From NCBI GenBank assembly GCA_964291415.2, contig OZ219920.1, positions 64,001 through 128,000 on the forward strand: a DNA stretch of 64,000 nt, given 5' to 3'. The DNA is from Alphaproteobacteria bacterium. GTDB taxonomy: Bacteria; Pseudomonadota; Alphaproteobacteria; SP197. Below are positions 19,339 through 28,776 of this stretch, piece by piece. Positions within the stretch are counted from its first letter, which is position 1, and each line of letters opens with the position of its first letter. Under the pieces are notes generated by a model. The model had not been told where the DNA came from, did no database searches, and saw nothing but the letters and a program-made list of their open reading frames with translations. A program made the translations under genes and the position numbers.

Positions 19339-20556
19339 ATGAACGTCATCGCGTTTCCGGAAGTGGGCGATGTGTGGCAATCGGTCTCGGACGAGGTGCT
19401 GGAACAGCTCGGGCGGGACACGTCGCAGGCGAGGGGACTTCCCAATGCCGCCTTCACCGACGGCGGGTTTCACGAACTCGAGAAGGCCCGCCTGTTTTCG
19501 AGAACCTGGTCCTTCGCGGCGCCGGCGAGCACGCTCGCCGATCCGGGCGACATCCTGTCGGTGGAGATCGCCGGTCATCCACTGATCCTGGTGCGCGGAC
19601 ACGATCACGAGGTGCGGGCCTTCCACAATGTCTGCCCGCACCGTGGCGCCAGGCTGGTGACGGAATCCCGATGCTCCAGGAGCGTTCTTACCTGTCCCTA
19701 CCACGCCTGGTCCTATGGTCTCGACGGCGTCCTCAGGGGGCGTCCCCACTACCATGGCCACGGCCGTCACCAGACGGCCTGCGACATGTCGGGTGAGGAT
19801 GTCCGTCTCTTCGCCATCCCGTGCCGGCAGTGGCATGACTGGGTGTTCGTCAACATCGATGGCAAGGCCCCCGAATTCGAGAGCTTCATGGCCCCGGTGG
19901 AGGAGCACTTCGCCGGCTATGACATCGCGCAGTTCCGCCGCTCGGACCAGACCATGGCCGTGGAGTTCGCCTGCAACTGGAAACTCGCGGTGGAGAACTA
20001 TTGCGACTTCTACCACGTGTTCGCCGTCCACCCGGCGCTGGACCGCATGATGAGTCCGCAAACGCGGCAGTCCATGCGCGAAAGCGGTTGCCACCTGACG
20101 AACGGCTATGCCTTCACCTCCAGCGGCCGGGGCATCGCGGTCGACGATTCGGGCCCCGGCCTGCCGTCACAGGAAGGAATCGATGCGGACCTGGAATCGA
20201 GCTCCCGCTATGCCGTGCTGTTCCCGAACTTCGCGGTCAATGTCTATCCGGGCAGTCTCCAGGCCGTTCTCTTCGAACCGCAGGCGGCAGACCGCACCAT
20301 CATGCGCATGTGGTTCTACTACGTCGGCAATGCCGCCTGCGCGGCCGAGCACGCCGAGGCGCGGGACGCTCTCTACCAGGAATGGGTGGAACTCAACGAC
20401 GAGGACAAGGACATCTGCCTGCGCCTCCAGGAGGGGCGCGCATGCACGGCCTATGACGGCGGTCGCCTGGCGCCCCACTGGGACCGTGGGACTGTCCATT
20501 TCCACCGCCAGGTTGCACACGCCATCCGCCGCGAAGGCGCTTTCGCGGAGGCGTGA
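19339..20556 (+). CDS. Rieske non-heme iron oxygenase alpha subunit (choline/betaine/carnitine monooxygenase-like)
   Basis: CPHRG...CPYHAW Rieske motif, NWK..VENYCDFYHVFAVH and NDED mononuclear Fe ligands. GAGGAG RBS. Confidence 0.92.
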   Translation: MNVIAFPEVGDVWQSVSDEVLEQLGRDTSQARGLPNAAFTDGGFHELEKARLFSRTWSFAAPASTLADPGDILSVEIAGHPLILVRGHDHEVRAFHNVCPHRGARLVTESRCSRSVLTCPYHAWSYGLDGVLRGRPHYHGHGRHQTACDMSGEDVRLFAIPCRQWHDWVFVNIDGKAPEFESFMAPVEEHFAGYDIAQFRRSDQTMAVEFACNWKLAVENYCDFYHVFAVHPALDRMMSPQTRQSMRESGCHLTNGYAFTSSGRGIAVDDSGPGLPSQEGIDADLESSSRYAVLFPNFAVNVYPGSLQAVLFEPQAADRTIMRMWFYYVGNAACAAEHAEARDALYQEWVELNDEDKDICLRLQEGRACTAYDGGRLAPHWDRGTVHFHRQVAHAIRREGAFAEA

Positions 20557-20578
20557 GTACGCGCCCCCACCGTCATTC

Positions 20579-20866
20579 GGCGAACTTGCGGGGGGATCGC
20601 GGTCACGGCTGGACGCCAGCCGCAGGATCACGTGCCTCATCCCGGGAGATTGCCGCGAACCTGTTCTCTTCCCGCCGCCCCCTTGGCGCACGATTGTTGT
20701 TGCCGTCGATGCAGACCGGCTGCTCGTCCTTGAGTTGAACGCGTATGCCGCAGCGTCAGGCGCACATGCAGCAGGTGGCGGCGACGATGTCGTCGACCGT
20801 CGCCGGCATGCGGGCGATGCGCTGCCCGATCCGGCGGCCGGTCGCCGCCACGGATCGCATCGACAT
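20579..20866 (-). pseudogene. soeA: Degraded 5' fragment of molybdopterin sulfite dehydrogenase SoeA-like gene
   Basis: Translation TCCMCA*RCGIRVQLKD..CIDGN, frameshifted CAKGAAG, then FAAISRDEA and DP.RKFA. This parallels the recalled SoeA N-terminus TCYMCACRCGI...IEGN...CAKG...ISWDEA...DPRKLA. Confidence 0.7.
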
Positions 20867-20901
20867 GGACTCGCCTTCAAGCGTGGTGCCGGACGCGCCC
20901 G

Positions 20902-22578
20902 TCATCGAGGACTGGCATGAGGATAATCCATCGCGACGCGTTCCGGGGTGATCAGTCCTTCGGCAAGGTCGTGCCTGATCGCCTCGAGAGGACGGTCGCC
21001 GGGTGTGCCGTATCCCCCGCCGCCACCGGTATGAATGGTGAGGACATCGCCCTTGCGCAAGGTCGCTCCGGCCTTGGAGTTGACCGGTATGGCCTCTCCG
21101 TCGCGCAGCACGTGGCACGAAGCGGGGACGCCGTCGCCGCCACCAAAGAGCCCTGCCGGAGCGATGCGGAAACGATCGGCATAGATGGCAAAGATGACAT
21201 CGTCGCGAGTGATCTCGTAGGCGCGGGTGAATCCCAGACCGCCCCGGCAGCGTCCGGCGCCCGCGGAGTCGGACAACAGCGAGTAGTCGATCACCCGGAA
21301 GTAGTCATACTCCATGTCGAGAGCCTCGACGGGCGTGTTGGAGCAGTTCGACAGGGGGCTGTCGATGGCGTCGCAGCCGTCGGCCTCCAGGGACGCTCCG
21401 TATCCGCCGCCGAAGATTTCCACGTACACCCTGTATCCGCTGTTCGTGAGGTGGGAGAGAGCGAAGACGGCGGTGGTGTCGAACCCGCAGGCGATCACGC
21501 GGTCGGGGGCAGCCTTGGCCAGGGCCTTCATCACCGCATTGAACACGCGATAGGCCGGTTCCATGCGCGCCCGGACGGGCGCGGGAGGCCTCGGATTGAG
21601 CAGGGATCCATAGGGCGCGGTGATGTTGAACGGCCTCTTCACCCCTTCGTTGAAGGGGACGTCGGCGCTGGTCAGCACCGACTTGACACAGGCAAGAGCG
21701 GCCGAGACCGTGGATGAAAAGGGGCAGTTGAGATTGCGCGCCACCTGGGGTGCGGTGCCGTCAAAGGAGATGTCGAGGCGATCGCCCTCGACGGTGACCT
21801 GGGCCCTTACGGGCAACGGCCGATCGTCGATTCCGTCGTCATCCACCGCATCCTCTCCCTCGTAGGTGCCGTCGGGGATCGTGGCGATCGATGTCCGGAC
21901 CCGGCGCTCCGAGTAGTCGAGCAGCTCTGCCATGGTTTCGGTGACCGCATCCGGGCCGAACTTCGTGGCCAGTTCCCTCAGGCGCAGACCACCAATGGCA
22001 TTGGCGGCAAACTGCGCGTTGAAATCGCCGATCGTGAGCTGGGGCACGCGGATGTTGGCTGCCACGAGGCGCTCGAAACGGCCGCCGTTCCAGTCGCGCT
22101 CCATGTTGTAGCACGACGGAGGAATCTGCAGGCCTTCCTGATAGATGTCCGAGGCATCGGCGTTCAGTCCCGGGGCGCCGCCGCCAAGGTCGAGATGGTG
22201 GGCCACCGAGGCGCCAAAGCCGAGGACCCGGCCCTCGAAGAAGACGGGCGAAAAAATGAAGACATCGGGAAGGTGCTGCCCCCCGTTGAAGGGATCATTG
22301 GTGATGTAGAAGTCGCCTGGTTCGAGGGAATCGACCGGGTGTGTCTCGGCGCAGGGAACGAAAGTCATCTTCATCGGACCGAGCTGCATGGGGATGAGTT
22401 CGGCCTGGGCGACGACATTCCCTTCCCGGTCGAGCAGCGCCGCCGAGGCGTCCTGCGCTTCCCTGACGATCGTCGAGTAGGCGCTGCGGATGAGCTTGGC
22501 GCCCATCTCCCTCGCCGCCGCGATGATGCCCTGGCTGATGACCGCATAGTCCACAGGATCGAGCGACATGATTCTCAT
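20902..22578 (-). CDS. Hydantoinase B/oxoprolinase subunit (copy 1)
   Basis: RSAYSTIVRE.QDAS, NDPFNGGQHLPD, HHLDLGG, YQEGL, GAGRCRGGLG, TGGGGGYG. Confidence 0.93.
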   Translation of the reverse strand: MRIMSLDPVDYAVISQGIIAAAREMGAKLIRSAYSTIVREAQDASAALLDREGNVVAQAELIPMQLGPMKMTFVPCAETHPVDSLEPGDFYITNDPFNGGQHLPDVFIFSPVFFEGRVLGFGASVAHHLDLGGGAPGLNADASDIYQEGLQIPPSCYNMERDWNGGRFERLVAANIRVPQLTIGDFNAQFAANAIGGLRLRELATKFGPDAVTETMAELLDYSERRVRTSIATIPDGTYEGEDAVDDDGIDDRPLPVRAQVTVEGDRLDISFDGTAPQVARNLNCPFSSTVSAALACVKSVLTSADVPFNEGVKRPFNITAPYGSLLNPRPPAPVRARMEPAYRVFNAVMKALAKAAPDRVIACGFDTTAVFALSHLTNSGYRVYVEIFGGGYGASLEADGCDAIDSPLSNCSNTPVEALDMEYDYFRVIDYSLLSDSAGAGRCRGGLGFTRAYEITRDDVIFAIYADRFRIAPAGLFGGGDGVPASCHVLRDGEAIPVNSKAGATLRKGDVLTIHTGGGGGYGTPGDRPLEAIRHDLAEGLITPERVAMDYPHASPR

Positions 22579-24260
22579 CTCCCTTCCGAAGCCACACCAT
22601 GCCAGGCATGGTGACGCCGCGCACTCATGGCACTGACATATCCTTCCCCGACGTCGTCGTCGACCAGCTTCGGGTCCCGTTCACCGGGCGCGCCGTATCC
22701 GCCGCCACCACCGGTGCGTATGGTCACGACATCGCCGACCTCGAGCGGCATCGTTCCCTTGCTCGCCACGTCGATGACCCTGCCATTGCGTTCGACGCGG
22801 CACGATGCCCGCGCTCCTTCGTGGCCACCGAAGAGACCGGTCGGCGCCAGGCGGAACCTGTCGGCATAGAGTGTCAGGGTACAACCCGGTTCGAGGACCT
22901 CGTACACCCGGTCGTACCCCAGCCCGCCCCGGTGACGCCCCGCCCCGCCGCTGTCGGCACGCAGGGTCCAGGCGTGCAGGCGGAAGAAGGCGTAGTCGAG
23001 ATCCAGGGCCTCGACCGGTGTGTTCGTGCAGTTGGCCAGCGGGCTGGCGAGCGCGCTTTCGCCATCGCTGTTCGCCGAAGCGCCATAGCCGCCGCCGAGA
23101 ACTTCCGTGACGACCTGGTAGTGCTGGCCGTCGAAGCGCGTCATGGTGAGCGCCGTGGTGGTGTCGTAGCCGCAGGCGATGACCCGCTCGGGAACGGCGC
23201 CGGCAAGCGCCTTCATGACGGCATTGTAGACCCTGTAGCAGGCTTCCATGCGGGCATGCACCGGCGCTGGCGGTTGCGGGTTGAGCAGACTGGGGTAGGG
23301 CACGCGGAGAGTCACGGGCTGCGTCATGCCATGGTTGAAGGGAATATCGGGGCTGGTGAGTGTCGCCTTGATCGCTGCGTAGGTGGCCGATGCGGTCGAG
23401 GAAAGGGGGCTGTTGAGATTGCGGGTCACGTTACCCGCCGTTCCGGCGAAGTCCGCCTCGATGCGGTCGCCATCGATGGTGATGGCCACGCGCACGGGTA
23501 GTGGTTCGTCATGGATGCCGTCGTCGTCGACCGCATCTTCCCCGTGCCATGTGCCGTCGGGGAGGGCTGCGATCTCCTTTCTCATCCGCCGCTCGGAATA
23601 GGCGATGAGTTCCGTCATCGCTTCACCGATTCGGTCCGCCCCGTACCTGGTGGCCAGGTTCACGAGGCGTTCGGCTCCCAGGGCGTTGGCGGCGAACTGG
23701 GCATTGAAATCTCCGATGGTGAGCCGGGGTACGCGAATGTTGGCGGCCACAAGTCGCTGCAACGGCCCGCCATGCCAGTGGCGCTCGAGATTCCAGCATG
23801 AGGGCGGCAGGCGCAGGCCCTCCTGGTAGATGTCGGTGGCATTGGCCACGATTCCCGCTGCCGCACCGCCCATTTCGAGATGATGCGCCACCGACGCGGC
23901 AAATCCGATGAGACGTCCGGAGAGGAAGACGGGCGAGAAGATGTAGACGTCGGGCAGATGCTGGCCGCCTTCGTAGGGGTCATTCGACAGGTAGAAATCG
24001 CCTTCGCGCAAATCCTCGGGTGGATGGTGCCGGGCACACGCCTTGAATGTTGCCGCCATCGAGCCGAGGTGCATGGGAATCATCTCGGCCTGGGCGACGA
24101 TCCGCCCCTCAGGGTCGAGCAGCGCGGCAGAGGCATCGGCCGCCTCGCGGACGACCGTGGAAAAGGCCGAGCGCACGAGCTTCGAGCCCATTTCGCGTGC
24201 CGCCGCGATGATGGCCTGGCTGATGACCGCCTGATCGATGACATCGAGTGTCAAGGACAA
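22575..24260 (-). CDS. Hydantoinase B/oxoprolinase subunit (copy 2)
   Basis: Same motifs (NDPYEGGQHLPD, HHLEMGG). TTG start at 24260 with GAGGGG RBS aligns with the copy 1 N-terminus; ORF-track start 24338 is an alternative. Confidence 0.92.
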   Translation of the reverse strand: MSLTLDVIDQAVISQAIIAAAREMGSKLVRSAFSTVVREAADASAALLDPEGRIVAQAEMIPMHLGSMAATFKACARHHPPEDLREGDFYLSNDPYEGGQHLPDVYIFSPVFLSGRLIGFAASVAHHLEMGGAAAGIVANATDIYQEGLRLPPSCWNLERHWHGGPLQRLVAANIRVPRLTIGDFNAQFAANALGAERLVNLATRYGADRIGEAMTELIAYSERRMRKEIAALPDGTWHGEDAVDDDGIHDEPLPVRVAITIDGDRIEADFAGTAGNVTRNLNSPLSSTASATYAAIKATLTSPDIPFNHGMTQPVTLRVPYPSLLNPQPPAPVHARMEACYRVYNAVMKALAGAVPERVIACGYDTTTALTMTRFDGQHYQVVTEVLGGGYGASANSDGESALASPLANCTNTPVEALDLDYAFFRLHAWTLRADSGGAGRHRGGLGYDRVYEVLEPGCTLTLYADRFRLAPTGLFGGHEGARASCRVERNGRVIDVASKGTMPLEVGDVVTIRTGGGGGYGAPGERDPKLVDDDVGEGYVSAMSARRHHAWHGVASEGR

Positions 24261-24460
24261 CGCCCCCTCGTCACCGCTCACCCTACCATGATCGCGCCGG
24301 GACGCCTCCACAGGAGGAACCCGACACAGTTCCGGCACATGTTTTCCGGGAACGCCGGCACCTGTTATCGTGGAAGGCGACGGAGCGGTCGTTGCATGCG
24401 CCGTCGCATCGCCAGCGGTCTCGCGTGATGGGGCGCCATCGGCGTGCCAGGGAGGGTTTC

Positions 24461-25723
24461 ATGGGTGAACGCGGTCATGTGACGGTCATCGGTGCCGGCG
24501 TTGTCGGCGTGGCGACGGCGCTCTGCCTTGTCCGCGACGGTTTTGACGTCACCGTGATCGATCGCGACGGACCCGGCGAGAACTGTTCCTTCGGCAATGC
24601 CGGCATGATCTGCGATTCCACGTCGGCCATGCCGCTGCCATCGTCGCAGGTCATCCGGGGTCTGCCCCGGATGCTGATGGATCGCAAGAGCAGCCTTCAC
24701 ATCCGCTGGAGCTACCTGCCGGCGCTGATGCCCTGGCTCCTCGTGTTCATGAAGAGCGCCGGGGCCCGGCAGCGGCATCACAATGCCCGTGCCTTCTACG
24801 CTCTTCTCGACGGTTCCGTGGCGTCCTGGGAACGGCTTGTCGAGGGAACGCAAGGAGCGGCGCTGATCCGCAAACGCGGACTTGCCATCATCTACGAAAC
24901 GGAACGCGGCTTTGCCTCGGCGGCCGCGGACCGCGCCACGTTGCGTGAACTCGGCGCGGAACTCACTGAACTCAACGGCGCCGAAGTGCGCCAGAGCGAG
25001 CCACAGCTCTCCGAAGCCGTCACAGCCGCAACCTTCCTCCCCAGGGTCAATCACACGGTCAATCCCTATCGGCTCACGCGGGCGGTCGCCGACTGCGTCG
25101 TTGCTGCCGGAGGTCTGGTCGAGACGGCGACCGTGACGGGGATCGAGGTGAGCGATGGCCGCGTGCGGACATTGCGGACCACGGCTGGCGACAGGAAGGT
25201 GGACCGCCTGGTGGTGTCCGCAGGGGCCTGGTCGGGGCGTCTTGCCAAGATGCTTGGCATCCGCGTCCTGCTCGATACCGAGCGGGGATACCATACGGTT
25301 TATCACGGCGCCGACAGCGGGCTGCGCCTGCCGCTCATTCATGGAGAGCAGGGCTTCGGCATGAATCAGATGGATGAGGGGCTTCGCATTGCCGGCAGTG
25401 TCGAGATGGCCGGCATCGATGCCCCCGCCGACTACAGGCGCGCCGACATCCAGGCCGAGAGGGGACGCGGTATCCTGCGCGACTTCAAGCCTGAGCATTC
25501 AACGAAGATCACCCGATGGATGGGTCGCCGGCCGACCCTGCCCGACTACCTCCCGGCGCTCGGCAAGGTCGCCGGCCTGGACAACACATGGTTCAATTTC
25601 GGGCACCAGCACCTCGGCCTGACCCTCGCGGCACGCAGCGGCGAGGTGATGGCGAATCTCGTGGCGGGCCGTGATCCCGGTCTTGACCTTGGCGCGTTCA
25701 GGCCGGATCGTTTCAACCGGTGA
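24461..25723 (+). CDS. D-amino acid dehydrogenase family FAD oxidoreductase (DadA-like)
   Basis: VIGAGVVG, CSFGNAG, ERGYH, WMGRRPTLPD, FGHQHLGLT. Confidence 0.9.
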   Translation: MGERGHVTVIGAGVVGVATALCLVRDGFDVTVIDRDGPGENCSFGNAGMICDSTSAMPLPSSQVIRGLPRMLMDRKSSLHIRWSYLPALMPWLLVFMKSAGARQRHHNARAFYALLDGSVASWERLVEGTQGAALIRKRGLAIIYETERGFASAAADRATLRELGAELTELNGAEVRQSEPQLSEAVTAATFLPRVNHTVNPYRLTRAVADCVVAAGGLVETATVTGIEVSDGRVRTLRTTAGDRKVDRLVVSAGAWSGRLAKMLGIRVLLDTERGYHTVYHGADSGLRLPLIHGEQGFGMNQMDEGLRIAGSVEMAGIDAPADYRRADIQAERGRGILRDFKPEHSTKITRWMGRRPTLPDYLPALGKVAGLDNTWFNFGHQHLGLTLAARSGEVMANLVAGRDPGLDLGAFRPDRFNR

Positions 25724-25742
25724 TGTGCGGAGATCGGGTGTC

Positions 25743-26243
25743 ATGAGCCGTGCCTTTGTCAGGGAGCCGGACGCCGACAGCGTCGTCGACGTCCTGCCCG
25801 AATTGCCCCAGGAGCCGGTCCCCAACTATGTCACCCCGGAAGGCATGGCCATGCTCGAGGACTGGCTTGGCCGTCTGCGCCGGGAACGTGATGTGCTGGA
25901 GGCAGACCAGACCAGCATGATCGGGCGCAACCAGCTGGCCCATGTCAGGCGCGATCTTCGCTATGTGGAAGGACGGATCGACCATGCCGTGGTGGTGGAT
26001 CCGGCCGGACAGCCCTCCGGCGAGGTGGCGTTCGGCGCCCAGGTCGATGTGCTGGACGAAAGCGGAGAGCACCACGCATGGCGTATCGTCGGCGAGAACC
26101 AGGCCGACATCGACAAGGGCATGGTGAGCTGGGTCTCACCCCTGGCCCGGGCGCTCATCGGCGCCGAAGTGGGCGACACCGTCACCTGGCGGCGCCCGGC
26201 AGGCGACCTCGAACTCGAGATCACCGCGATCAGTTACGCATAG
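25743..26243 (+). CDS. GreA/GreB family factor (short variant)
   Basis: MSRAFVRE, NYVTPEG, VAFGA, IVGENQAD, VSWVSPLARALIG. Confidence 0.88.
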   Translation: MSRAFVREPDADSVVDVLPELPQEPVPNYVTPEGMAMLEDWLGRLRRERDVLEADQTSMIGRNQLAHVRRDLRYVEGRIDHAVVVDPAGQPSGEVAFGAQVDVLDESGEHHAWRIVGENQADIDKGMVSWVSPLARALIGAEVGDTVTWRRPAGDLELEITAISYA

Positions 26244-26297
26244 CGGGCCTGCGCCGCGCAGACACGCGCGACCCGCGTCGGAACTCCGTCGCTCCGG

Positions 26298-26870
26298 GTG
26301 TTCCACCACGCCATCCGTCAGGGGCTTTTGGATGCTGCCCGAGGCGTGGTGAGCCTGTGCCCGGGTTGGCTCACGATCGAATCCTTGTACACCGCTGTGC
26401 ACGTGTGCTCGTACACCGTATCTCGCAGGACTCTCGTCGCTCACAAACATGGGTCGCGGCAGGACCTGTTGCATCGGACGTGAGCCCGTCCTCAAGAGTC
26501 GTCCGACGACAGGACTCGCAGAGCACTGCGATGTCGTCGATCAGAACGCCCTGCAACTCGCCGAAGAATACTCGTGCAAGCGAAGGAACAGATGGAATCG
26601 AGCGCTGAGCCGCACGCGAGACCAACCGCCGCGAAGGTCGAAGAGCGCTTCGACATGACCGTCGCCAACACCTCCTTCACATGAAGCGATCGTCAGAGGA
26701 GGATCGATCGGGAGGTCCGCTTCGATGGGGGTTGCGTCATCGGCGCCAGACTGGTGTACATCGCGCCTGCCGTCGCTGTGCTGGGTTCATGGATGTTGAT
26801 CGGTGGTATCGGAGATGGTCGCCGGGAGGTAGTGTCGCAATGGGTGCGAGAGTTCGAAGCCGACGGGTGC
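26298..26870 (+). pseudogene. Possible degraded TetR-family regulator
   Basis: IRQGLLDAAR...VSRRTLVAHKHGSRQDLL resembles a TetR HTH; stops and frameshifts follow. Confidence 0.4.
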
Positions 26871-26991
26871 GGCAGATTGCCGGTCCCGCTCACGTCACCG
26901 GGATCGAGCGGGCCGCCTCGACCTCCAACCGTCGTTTCCAGGATGGACCAGCCTTCGAACCCGGCCAGCGCAACTTCGGAGGGGCAGGGCG

Positions 26992-28608
26992 ATGAGCCAG
27001 AGACGGTTGATGACGGGCGGGCGGGTCTTCACCGCGGATCCCGCCAGGCCGTGGGCGGAGGCTGTCGTCGTCGAGGGCGATCGTATCGCGTTCGTCGGCG
27101 ACGCTCGGACGGCTCGCGCCCGCGCCGGCGATGCAGCGGAGATGATCGACGTCGCCGGCGGTCTGGTTCTTCCCGGTTTCGTCGACGGCCATGTTCACGT
27201 CACCATGACCGGAGCGGCGATGCTGAAAGCGCATCTGCGCGGCTCGGGAAGTCTTGAGGAGATCCAGCGCCGCGTCAGAAAGTGGGCGGATGAACACCCT
27301 GACGAGCCCAGGGTTCTCGGCACCAACTGGGTGTATTCGGATGTGCCCGATGCAAGACCCACCAGGGAGATGCTGGATTGCATCGTCCCGGATCGGCCCG
27401 TGTATCTCGAAGCCCATGATTTCCACTCATCCTGGGTGAATTCCGCCGCCCTCGCCGAAATCGGGATCGACGACGACACGCCCAATCCGCTCGGCGGAGA
27501 GATCGTACGCGATCCCGACACCGGCGAAGCCACCGGCCATCTGCTGGAGGCCGCCAGCGCCGAGTGGGTGTGGCCGTTGCTCGCGAATGTCGAGGATCCG
27601 GTAAGGGAACGGCACATCACCACGGCGCTGGAAGCGTTCGCCCGCGCCGGCATCACCGGCGTGGTGGAGATGGCGCTGGAAGAGCCCGCGCTGCGGTCGA
27701 TGCGGAAGCTTCACGAGGCCGGAAGGCTCACCGCGCGCATTGTCGCTCACATGATCGTCTTCAGGACGGGGGATCCGGAGACGGAGCTTGCCCAGGTGAG
27801 GCGGGCCGTGGATCTCGCGAATGAGCATCGCGGCGACCGCCTGCGGGTTGGCGGCATCAAGATCATTGCGGACGGCACCATCGACGGCTGTACGGCCGCC
27901 CTGAGCGAGCCCTACACCAACGGGATCAGCGCCGATCCCATCTGGGATGCGCAGACGCTGAACCCGGTCGTCGGGGCAGCCGACGCTGCCGGCCTGCAGG
28001 TTGCGATCCACGCCATCGGCGACGAGGCCGCGCGGATTGCTGTCGACGCCCTGGAGAACGCCATGCAGGTCAATGGGACCGCCGGCAGGCGTCATCGCAT
28101 CGAGCATCTGGAGTATGCGCGGGATGAAGAGATCGCGCGCATGGGCAGACTCGGCATCACCGCCTCAATGCAGCCGGTGCATCTGGACCCGGCACTGCTC
28201 GAACGCTGGCTTGAGGTGATCGGTCCCGAGCGGGGCAATCACGGCTTTGCCTGGCCGCTTTACCTTGCCGCCGGCTCGGCTCTTGCCTTCGGCACCGATA
28301 CGCCAACCGCGCCATACGAGGCCCTGGCGAACATGTACCTGGCGTCGACGCGCAAGTCGCCCACCGACGACTCGCTTCCGGCGCTCAGGCCCGATTGGGC
28401 GCTGCCCCTGGAACAGTCCATCGTGCACGGCACGCGCGAATCCGCGTGGGCGGCATGGCTGGATCACGAGACCGGCATGGTGAAGCCGGGTCTGGCCGCC
28501 GACATCGTCGTGCTCGACCGGGACTTCTTCGCTGGCGGACCGGCGTCGTTGCTGAAGACCGGCGTGCGGCTGACGATGATGAACGGCACCGTCGTCCATT
28601 CGTGCTGA
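26992..28608 (+). CDS. Amidohydrolase 3 family (YtcJ/NfdA-like)
   Basis: PGFVDGHVH, KIIADG, HAIGD, RHRIEH, FGTD, GLAADIVVLD. Confidence 0.92.
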   Translation: MSQRRLMTGGRVFTADPARPWAEAVVVEGDRIAFVGDARTARARAGDAAEMIDVAGGLVLPGFVDGHVHVTMTGAAMLKAHLRGSGSLEEIQRRVRKWADEHPDEPRVLGTNWVYSDVPDARPTREMLDCIVPDRPVYLEAHDFHSSWVNSAALAEIGIDDDTPNPLGGEIVRDPDTGEATGHLLEAASAEWVWPLLANVEDPVRERHITTALEAFARAGITGVVEMALEEPALRSMRKLHEAGRLTARIVAHMIVFRTGDPETELAQVRRAVDLANEHRGDRLRVGGIKIIADGTIDGCTAALSEPYTNGISADPIWDAQTLNPVVGAADAAGLQVAIHAIGDEAARIAVDALENAMQVNGTAGRRHRIEHLEYARDEEIARMGRLGITASMQPVHLDPALLERWLEVIGPERGNHGFAWPLYLAAGSALAFGTDTPTAPYEALANMYLASTRKSPTDDSLPALRPDWALPLEQSIVHGTRESAWAAWLDHETGMVKPGLAADIVVLDRDFFAGGPASLLKTGVRLTMMNGTVVHSC

Positions 28609-28776
28609 GTTCGGGTTACCCGGGCCGCGGCAATTCTGCATCTCGTCGCACGGCATGAATGATTCGGCGCGAAACGCGGATGCCCACGGGTTGGGTCGAG
28701 TCGAATGTGCCGATGGCATGCATCGCGAACCATGGCGCGCGCGAACACCGTCCCCGCCCCGAGCCGGAATGTGCAG

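Noticed and set aside
20756-20758. In-frame TGA at a Cys position of the soeA-like fragment as selenocysteine
   Set aside because: The fragment also has frameshifts and deletions and ends after about 95 codons; a TGC-to-TGA nonsense mutation is simpler.
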